A stretch of 44,174 bases of DNA from Patescibacteria group bacterium (GTDB lineage Bacteria > Patescibacteriota > Minisyncoccia > RBG-13-40-8-A): contig JAHJST010000025.1 of the NCBI GenBank assembly GCA_018829905.1, forward strand, positions 1 through 44,174. Direction: 5' to 3'. Below the pieces are notes generated by a model that was given only the letters and a program-made list of their open reading frames with translations, was not told the DNA's origin and did not search any database. A program made the translations under genes and the position numbers. Positions 28,912 through 36,400 of this stretch are shown piece after piece. How positions within the stretch are numbered: the first letter of the stretch is position 1; the number at the start of each line of letters is the position of its first letter.

Positions 28912-28923
28912 TATTTTTTAAAT

Positions 28924-29604
28924 TTAAAATTTAGTTTCTTTTACTTTGTCTATATAATAACAAAGGTCTTTACAGTCTTTTCTTGATTTTGGTGGTTGTG
29001 GCTGGTCTAAGATTTCTCTTGCTTTTAGAAGAATTTTTGGGATTTTTTCTAAATCTATTTTTATATCTACAATATATGTTTCAAATCCCAGTTTAAAATT
29101 TTCATCACTATCTAGATCATCATGAGGATGACAATAAATTAAAGATAAATTTCTTATTGGTTTAAATCCATATTTTTCAGCTAAAAATGCATAACAATTT
29201 AATTGTATTTCATATAAAGGAAATAGTTCGTCTTGTCTTTCTGTAAATTTTGCTGTTTTATAATCAATAATATGATATGCATTATCTTTTGTTTTTAAAA
29301 TATCATCTGGTTTTCCAATCAATATCCAATCACCATGCTCTACTGGAAGTTTAAATGTTGTATCATCTTCTACAACTTCTATTGCATCTGGAATTGGTAA
29401 CCATTCTGGTGGTTGGCCCTGATTATTAAAAGAACGATGAGTGCTTCTTTTTGAAACAGAGTCCAATGTACTAAATATTCCTGGAAATATTCCTGGTGCT
29501 TTTCCTATGTGTCTTTCATACCAAAAACATCTTGGACAAAAATCTGGCATGTTTAATTTTCCCAAGTCTTTTGCGCTTATTGATTTTAAATAGTTTTGTT
29601 TCAT
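28924..29604 (-). CDS. Solo RecB/Cas4-like PD-(D/E)XK nuclease
   Basis: CPRCFW, GKPDD, IIDYKT, QLNCYA, C-terminal C...C. Confidence 0.82.
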   Translation of the reverse strand: MKQNYLKSISAKDLGKLNMPDFCPRCFWYERHIGKAPGIFPGIFSTLDSVSKRSTHRSFNNQGQPPEWLPIPDAIEVVEDDTTFKLPVEHGDWILIGKPDDILKTKDNAYHIIDYKTAKFTERQDELFPLYEIQLNCYAFLAEKYGFKPIRNLSLIYCHPHDDLDSDENFKLGFETYIVDIKIDLEKIPKILLKAREILDQPQPPKSRKDCKDLCYYIDKVKETKF

Positions 29605-29668
29605 TTTTTTATAATTTTTCAAAATTATTAATACTGTCAAACTAAAAATTAAAATTTTTATAAATTTT

Positions 29669-29806
29669 CTATGTTCTACAAATTATACAATTAAAACAAT
29701 AATCACAACATTTCTTACCACAATTTTCAATAATCAATCTTTTGAAAAATTTTCTAAACTTTTTCAATTTTTCTAGTTCTTTTTGCATAAATTTGTTTTT
29801 TGTCAT
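29669..29806 (-). CDS. Small Cys-rich ORF (45 aa), possibly truncated
   Basis: MTKNKFMQKELEKLKKFRKFFKRLIIENCGKKCCDYCFNCIICRT*; below the ORF-track size cutoff. Confidence 0.45.
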   Translation of the reverse strand: MTKNKFMQKELEKLKKFRKFFKRLIIENCGKKCCDYCFNCIICRT

Positions 29807-30260
29807 TATAAACTAATTTTTTCTGAGGATTTTTCTTTTCAATTATTTTTTCTATTCTTTTAATAAAATCTTCAGCTGTTTTTATGGCATTTTTTGCTTC
29901 AATTTCAGAAATTATTAAATCTGTGCCATAAATTAAATAATTTCTTTTTTGTTTCATTCTTTTAAATTTTTCTATTAAAATCTTAAATTCTTTTCCTAAA
30001 TAAGATTCACAAAATCTTATTGTAATTATATGAGAACCAACGGTTCTTGGCTTGTATCCTAAAGAAAATATTAAAGCACGACCAGCTAAAATCATTGATT
30101 TGTATGCTTGCTCAAAAGCAGACTCATCAATGTTTTCCTTTAATAAAATTTTTGCTGCTTTGATTGACCTGCAAGACTTAATTAGCACGCTTTCTACTTC
30201 CTTAAGGCTGAATTTCTTTTTTTGTAAACTATTATCATCTAATAATTTTTTCAAATTCAT
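29754..30260 (-). CDS. HEPN-domain protein
   Basis: AYKSM..AGRAL, SH, KRNYLIY; homolog of 19025-19459, sharing PQKKL. Confidence 0.82.
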   Translation of the reverse strand: MNLKKLLDDNSLQKKKFSLKEVESVLIKSCRSIKAAKILLKENIDESAFEQAYKSMILAGRALIFSLGYKPRTVGSHIITIRFCESYLGKEFKILIEKFKRMKQKRNYLIYGTDLIISEIEAKNAIKTAEDFIKRIEKIIEKKNPQKKLVYNDKKQIYAKRTRKIEKV

Positions 30261-30819
30261 TTTGATTTCCAATAATAAATATTTTTGGATTACTTATTAT
30301 GTCTTCTAAAAAAACAGATTCTTTTGATTTTTTTCTAAAATCTTGTTGAGAAAATATAACATAATTTATTTCTCTGCTTAAATATGTTTCAATTAATGAA
30401 ATATTTTTAATTAAAATATTTTCATCTGGATTACCTATTATCATTAAATCAATGTCGCTAAATTGATCTTCTTTTTGTTTTGCAAAAGAACCAAAAATAA
30501 AAGATATTTTAATATTTTTTATTTTTTTTAAACCTTTTTCAATTCTTGCTTCTATTCCTATTGTTTTAGAAACTATTTTTTTTATTTCTTCAAAAAGTGG
30601 TGTTTTTTTATTTAAAAAATAGTAAAGCTGATTTCCTTTTTTCTCTTTTTTAAACAAACCAATTTTTTCCAAAGACAAAAGCTCTCTTCGAATATTTCCC
30701 ACTGAAATTTCTAGTTTTTTTTCTAATTCTCTTAAATAATATTTTTTATCAATATCTGTAAAAAATAATTTAAGGATTTTTTTTCTAGTTTTGGATTTTG
30801 AAATTCTTAAAATATCCAT
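30235..30819 (-). CDS. wHTH + MNT antitoxin
   Basis: YYLRELE...S.GNIRREL..LE..GL; GS-X10-DID; REINYV. Confidence 0.88.
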   Translation of the reverse strand: MDILRISKSKTRKKILKLFFTDIDKKYYLRELEKKLEISVGNIRRELLSLEKIGLFKKEKKGNQLYYFLNKKTPLFEEIKKIVSKTIGIEARIEKGLKKIKNIKISFIFGSFAKQKEDQFSDIDLMIIGNPDENILIKNISLIETYLSREINYVIFSQQDFRKKSKESVFLEDIISNPKIFIIGNQNEFEKIIR

Positions 30820-30823
30820 ATTT

Positions 30824-30874
30824 ATTGTAGTCAATACATACTTCAATTGTAGTCGATTTAAACTACGATGTCAA
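30824..30874 (-). promoter_or_regulatory. MNT-HEPN promoter with GACTACAAT direct repeats
   Basis: TTGACA-17 nt-TACAAT; ATTGTAGTC at 30824 and 30846. Confidence 0.72.
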
Positions 30875-30930
30875 GTTCTTATTTTATATATTTTTGTATG
30901 TTTTTATCTCGCGGGTTTGGATATGTTTTA
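30868..30930. repeat. About 60-bp degenerate direct repeat of 31606-31668
   Basis: atgtcaagtt.ttattt..tatatttttgtat.tttt.a.ctc.cgggtttgg.t.tgtttt present at both sites. Confidence 0.8.
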
Positions 30931-31156
30931 TATATTTAAATTATCTACTATATTTATATTTGTTAATTAATTAAAAAATTTACTATTAACTTTATCATAA
31001 TATCTTTATTAGTATGTTCCACATTGGAACATACTAATTTTTTATATAATTTTTTACTATCTAAAATATTGTTTATATATTTTGTAATCACTGATTTTTT
31101 AATTCTAAAATGATTTTACTATCTGTTTTAAATAATTTTGTTTCATTTTTTTATAA
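30931..31156 (-). pseudogene. Collapsed relic of the nuclease-rhuM-nuclease block
   Basis: 31126-31156 vs 29584-29614: 30/31 identical; IILELK fragment of rhuM; 30931-31007 resembles 27879-27951. Confidence 0.78.
31008..31038. repeat. Perfect 14-bp inverted repeat
   Basis: ATTAGTATGTTCCA-CAT-TGGAACATACTAAT. Confidence 0.8.
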
Positions 31157-31364
31157 AATCTTCTTTGGTTAGTTTTGATTGTCTTAAAATAGATTTAAAT
31201 GTTCCTACTGGTATTTCTTTTGAATGAATAGGGACAACAACTGTTAATGTTTCTTTTTTTGTAATTTTTCTATACTTAACATGACTTCCTTTTTGAGAAA
31301 TAAAAAGAAATCCTCGTTTTTCGAGAATTTTTATTATATAACGAGAAGTAAAAATTTTAGACAT
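31143..31364 (-). CDS. hicA: HicA family toxin
   Basis: IK.LE..GF...SQKGSHVKY, VVPIH.KEIP.GT..SILRQ. Confidence 0.92.
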   Translation of the reverse strand: MSKIFTSRYIIKILEKRGFLFISQKGSHVKYRKITKKETLTVVVPIHSKEIPVGTFKSILRQSKLTKEDFIKK

Positions 31365-31575
31365 ACTTTAATTGATGCGTAGTAATAGTCGGTTGTTCCA
31401 CCTTTATAATCTCTGATTTTGGAATATCTTCTAAATATAATTCTAAGGCTTCTTCTAAATTTTTTAAAGCCTTACTTCTAGTGTCTCCGAAACTAGAAAC
31501 ATCCACATTAAGACATTGAGCAACGTAATATTTACCTTCTTTCCATGTTATATATATAAATTTATTCTTTTTCAT
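31357..31575 (-). CDS. hicB: HicB family antitoxin (short, no DNA-binding domain)
   Basis: EG.YYVAQC....VSSFGDT...AL.NL.EALELYLE. Confidence 0.9.
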   Translation of the reverse strand: MKKNKFIYITWKEGKYYVAQCLNVDVSSFGDTRSKALKNLEEALELYLEDIPKSEIIKVEQPTITTHQLKYV

Positions 31576-31759
31576 ATATTTATATTTTATTATTTAAAAA
31601 ATTAAATGTCAAGTTTTTATTTCGTATATTTTTGTATTTTTTACCTCACGGGTTTGGGTGTGTTTTTTGAGTTTTTTGTTGTTTTTCGTGAGGTGGTTTT
31701 GTTTTTGTTTTTTGGTTGTTTTCGTGAGTTTTTAAGCTGATTTTGTGGTTTTTTGTTTT

Positions 31760-31810
31760 TTATTCAATAATTTCTTCTTGTTGTATGGTTTCTTCTGGTT
31801 GTGTGGTTGA
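31760..31810 (-). pseudogene. 3' relic of an allele of the giant fibre gene
   Basis: PEETIQQEEIIE* vs PEQTPQSEAVIK*: 6/12 identical, same distance to TAA, followed by an A-run in both. Confidence 0.62.
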
Positions 31811-31904
31811 CTATGGTCCTGATAATCCTTTAAACATTAAATTTTAACATAATTAAAAAACAAACAGTAAAATGTTTGTATTTTGAATAATAAATATATT
31901 AAAT

Positions 31905-32201
31905 TTATCTTGATTTAATTCCTAATTTAAATTCTAATTTCCTAACTCTTTTTTTTAAGTCATTTACATCAAATTGAAAGGCTGTATTACCTAGTCTTAA
32001 TTTAATGTCTTCATTGGCCTGTTCTATCCTTTCTAATCTGTTCTCTACCTTATCTAATCTGTCATCTACCTTATCAAATCTTTTATCTACTTTATCAAAT
32101 CTTTTATCCATATTATCAAAACCACCTTTAACCATTTCAGCTGTAGGAAATATTTCTTTTTGGGCTTTTATTAGTTTTTTGATATCTTTATCTGTAAGCA
32201 T
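31905..32201 (-). CDS. Small coiled-coil protein with heptad repeats
   Basis: FDNMDKR-FDKVDKR-FDKVDDR-LDKVENR-LERIE; 21-bp tandem DNA repeats at about 32033-32121; promoter TTGACA-16 nt-TAAAAT 6 nt before the ATG. Confidence 0.75.
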   Translation of the reverse strand: MLTDKDIKKLIKAQKEIFPTAEMVKGGFDNMDKRFDKVDKRFDKVDDRLDKVENRLERIEQANEDIKLRLGNTAFQFDVNDLKKRVRKLEFKLGIKSR

Positions 32202-32262
32202 AGTTTAATTTTATCAAATGTTTATTCTATGTCAAGTTTTTCATTTTTATCCATAAAAAAAC

Positions 32263-32357
32263 TTGACAAGGGGTTTTTTATAATATAGAATTATAATATC
32301 ACGATGAGAGGGCACGCCTAAGGTTTCGTCCGAAGGTTACTCCCTCTCTTTTGTTTT
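32263..32357 (+). ncRNA. Putative small RNA 1 (promoter plus about 60-nt hairpin) convergent with NYN1
   Basis: TTGACA-17 nt-TAGAAT; GAGAGGG(32306)...CCCTCTC(32348) followed by TTTTGTTTT. Confidence 0.55.
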
Positions 32358-32849
32358 GCCCAATTTATGGTTTAAATCATCTATATAAATAAAATATTTA
32401 CGAAACTTTCTTAATAATGCAGAATATTTTCTACGATTAGGAATTATTATACGGAAGAGTTTTCTTTGTTTTTCTAAATATTCTATTAAACAATGAAAAT
32501 CTCCATCACCAGAGACAATAATTGCTTTATCATAATTAGGATATTCAATCATTGTATGTAATACTAATTCTGCATCAACATTTCCTTTTATAAAATTTTC
32601 TTCTTTCTTTTTGTATTCAAGGGTTGGTTTGAAAATAACAATATAACCAGTTTTTTGTAAAAAAGTATACAATGCCTCATTGCCTGGAACATAACCAATA
32701 AAAAGAAAGCTCTTTGTAACCTTATACTTGTCTTTAATATAAATATAGAATTTAGCAAAATCTAATTCCCAGCCACGATCTTTAATTGCTAAATTAAGAT
32801 TCTGACTATCTACAAAAGCATAATTATTTTCTTTTATTTTTTGACTCAT
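32337..32849 (-). CDS. NYN (LabA/DUF88, PIN-like) domain nuclease
   Basis: AFVDSQNL, KGNVDAELV, VSGDGDF: intact acidic active-site set. Confidence 0.93.
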   Translation of the reverse strand: MSQKIKENNYAFVDSQNLNLAIKDRGWELDFAKFYIYIKDKYKVTKSFLFIGYVPGNEALYTFLQKTGYIVIFKPTLEYKKKEENFIKGNVDAELVLHTMIEYPNYDKAIIVSGDGDFHCLIEYLEKQRKLFRIIIPNRRKYSALLRKFRKYFIYIDDLNHKLGKTKERE

Positions 32850-32913
32850 ATTATATAGCTTATTTTGATAATAAGTTGTTTTTTTTATTCATAAAAAAAA
32901 CTGTAAAAAAAAC

Positions 32914-32994
32914 TTGACAAGAGGTTTTTTATAAATTATACTGAATAATGTGATAGCACTCTGGGGTGTCCTTTGGACAGCCCCAGATTTTTTT
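32914..32994 (+). ncRNA. Putative small RNA 2 (promoter plus about 45-nt hairpin) convergent with NYN2
   Basis: TTGACA-17 nt-TATACT; TCTGGGG-TGTCC-TTT-GGACA-G-CCCCAGA followed by T7. Confidence 0.55.
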
Positions 32995-33429
32995 ATTGAG
33001 AAATTTCGTTTTTTAATTTGTGTAGATCAATATATTTAGCTCTTTCTAATAATTCTTTAGAAATACGCCCTCTTGTGGACATAACAATAATCCATTTACT
33101 TTTCTTTTTAATTCTATTTCGAAAGCTAATTCCATATCAAGATTTCCTTTGAGCTTATCGCGATAACTAGATATTTTTATTTTTTTAATAGCTTTGGTTC
33201 TTAAAATATATCCATTAATGTCTAGCATATCTAAAAATTTCTGTTCATTTTGCTTGTTTTCGTCATAAGCAGCGTAAATAAAACATTTTACATCCTTGCC
33301 ACATTCTTTTTTAAAATATTTCATTAATTTTTCATAAGAAATCTTCCAACCCAAAGTCCTTTGAGCATAAAAAGTATTAGCTGCGTCTATAAAAACATAT
33401 ACTTTGCCTTTAATAAATTTCTTAATCAT
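32993..33429 (-). pseudogene. NYN domain gene with internal deletion and frameshift
   Basis: VFIDAAN and KGNLDMEL present, SGD.DF missing; C-terminus KWIIVMSTRGRISKELLERAKYIDLHKLKNEISQ* continues in another frame to 32993. Confidence 0.82.
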
Positions 33430-33460
33430 ATAGCTTATTTTAATAATAAGTTATTTTTTT

Positions 33461-36400
33461 TTATTTAATAACTGCTTCTGATTGTGGTGTTTGTTCTGGT
33501 TCAATGACTGGTTTTTCAATTGGCTGTGGTTCTTCTATTGTTGGTTGTTCAACAACTGGCTTTAATAATTCATCAATTACGGGGATAGATTCCTCTGGAG
33601 CAATGTCGGCAGAACCATCTTTATCTGGGGTTGGTTCTTCAACAACTGGTTCTAGTACTGGGGTTGGGGTTGGTGTTGGTGTTGGTGTTGGTTCAATAAT
33701 TTCGGGTTCTAAAGGAGGGGTTTCTTCCTCTATTATACATGTGGAATCACAGCCGTCTCCGTCTATTTTATTGCCGTCATCACATGATTCTCCTGGTTGT
33801 ACAACACTATCTCCGCAAAAAGCTTCGACAACTCCGGCATTGTTATTATCGGATGCAATATCGGCATCTGATGCAATGTCGGCAGGAGAATCTTCCTCAT
33901 CTACTAATAAAATCCAGTAATCAAATTCTAGGGGTTCTGGGGTTACGTCGCTTAAGCGGATTGTAAATCCAGCTCCTTGTGCTTTTTCTGATATGTAGTA
34001 AGTTCTGCCTCCTGTGTCTGAGGTAAATGTAATGAATATTTTTGAATTTGTTTCAACTAGTTTATTCTTTACTCTGTATTCTATTTGTTGGGCTGGGAAT
34101 ATGTCTGAACCAACAATAGAATCTTTGTCTTTTTGTTTTTTAACTCTAAATTGTTCTACTGCTAGTTTAGTAATATTTGTTATTCCGTCTTTTATTGTTA
34201 TTCCTAGATTCTTTAAAGTGTTAATAATTTGGCTTACTATGTTTGTATCTAATGATGGAGGAAGAATAGAATGTTTAATTGTTATATTATCCTCTTTGCT
34301 TATTGATGTTCCATTCTCTTTTATTTTTATTAACTCTTTTTCATTTATACATGTTTTTCCTATACATAGTTTATTACCTATGTGTAAATCTTTGGATATT
34401 GATGCTGTGCCTGCGACTGTTAGTTTGTAGGTTGGGTTAGTTGTTCCTATGCCGACGTTATTTGAAGCGTTATCTACAAATAACGTACCACTATCTACAT
34501 TAAAATCACCTGCGACGGTAAGACCTCCTGCAAAGCTGGAACTTGCTGTTCCTGATACGGTTAAAACACCTGTTAATGCTGATGATGAGGCAAGAATTCC
34601 GCCTGCAACTTCTAACTTATATAGGGGTGAAACATTTCCGATGCCGACGTTGCCTGTGGAGTTGATTGTTATTGATTCAATATTTTGTGGTGCATTAATT
34701 ATATTCATTATTGAAAACATTTCGCTAAATGTTTGGGCCCATAGACCATGTAATTTTTCATATTCTATTGCTTTTTGATTATCAAATAATTCAGTAGTTT
34801 CTGTATGAACCGCTTCTGGTAGTATTGCTTCAACTTCCTGAGCAATCATACCTATCTGTGTTTCTTGGTTTTTATCTGGATCTGTCCAATTAAATGTTAC
34901 CCCTCTTAATTGAGATGCTTTTTCTAATGCACTTGTAACTGTTGTTATATTTGTTTTTAAACGTTCATCAGAAGATGAATGATATGCGCCAAAAACTCCA
35001 CCAACATATCCATCATCTTCAATCCAAAACACATCGCTTCCTGCGTGCTGAACATGCACAAAACTGTCCGCATCATTATTATCACTGTCCATATTTATGT
35101 ATAAATCATCTTTTGCATAATAATATCCATAAGTAGAATACCCTTGATAAGTAGTTGCAGTTATTGTTCCAGAAGCATTAAAAGCAGTTCTATCTATCGT
35201 TGCTTCTAAGAGCGCGTCTGCCAATGTTCCTATTGAAAAGAAGGATGTTGCACTGTCTCCTGTTAAGGCAGATCCTGCTTCAGCATCACCAGCAGCATAA
35301 TTACCAGTAGTATCTGTGCCCAAAGCAACTGAATTAGCAGCAATTGTTGTTGTAATTGCTGTTGTTCCTGAACCAGTAACATCTCCTGATAATGTAATTG
35401 TTTGATTTCCTGTAAGATATGAAGAATCATTGGTCCACATAGATATATTTCCTGTAGCTCCTGTTAATGCTCCTCCAGTAAGTATGGCTGTGCCATCTGT
35501 TAAGGTTCCTCCTCTAATTATGTCTGTAGCTGTTAATGAATCAGATATTGATGCACGTACAAAATCAAACTTAATACCTCCTGTAATATTACCTGATAAT
35601 TTAATATTACCTACAACATCTAATTTTTCTGCTGGCCCCGTCGTCCCGATGCCGACGTTGCCGCTCGTTCCATAAATCCCCATTCGCACCGTTCTTGCAC
35701 TACCATTCCAATTAGACAATTCTACATTCGTAACATTGGAGGAAGGATTAGAAAATCTCATTCCACCCCACGAAGAGGCAGGTGAACCTACACGAAAATC
35801 AGTTGCGGAGTGAGAAGTGTCATTTGAACCCATAGAAAATTTGAAAATAACATCATCATCAGTTGTCCCAGTACCCGCAACCTCAAGTTTTCCAGTCGGG
35901 TTCGTCGTCCCGATGCCGACGTTGCCTCTTTGTGTTCCGCCCCCAATAGTCATTGCGATACTTGAACCGCCCACATTTCCCGTAACAAAATTGATATTGC
36001 CGTAAGTGCCGCCACTGGCCGCATAATTATTTACGATATTCGTGTCGACATAATTACTGCCGAAACGAAATGGCCCCGCCCCGCCATTATTCTGCTCAAA
36101 CTCCGAAGTATATACCGCTGCTGTGGCTCGTATTATTCCGCTGCCACCTCCGTTGACTGGGACGGTTTGAAAGTTGCCCAGAACCAAATTCGTGCCCGTG
36201 GTTTCAGCCTTAAAGACGTTTAGCAAAGCCCCTGGACTCGTTGTCCCGATGCCGACGTTGCCTGATGTTGTTAATGTTCCCACTGTTAACCCAGCGTCGC
36301 CACTATCATCAGCCAGTCTAACCGCTAAAGTTGTTGCGCTCTTTTTTAATGCAGGAAAAGAAGAAGTCGTGCCACCAAATTTAAGCATTGAAAAATCAGT

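Noticed and set aside
28924-29604. CRISPR-associated cas4
   Set aside because: No cas1, cas2 or array nearby, and the Cys spacing differs from canonical Cas4
1663-32208. Short overlapping or antisense ORFs in the track (e.g. 1663, 2662, 3069, 4951, 9276, 11595, 17129, 21036, 23791, 30052, 32005)
   Set aside because: They overlap well-supported genes and have no recognisable motifs
17930-33460. Integron cassette array or prophage
   Set aside because: No integrase, no recurring attC-like sites and no phage structural or packaging genes; the repeats are gene-flank relics
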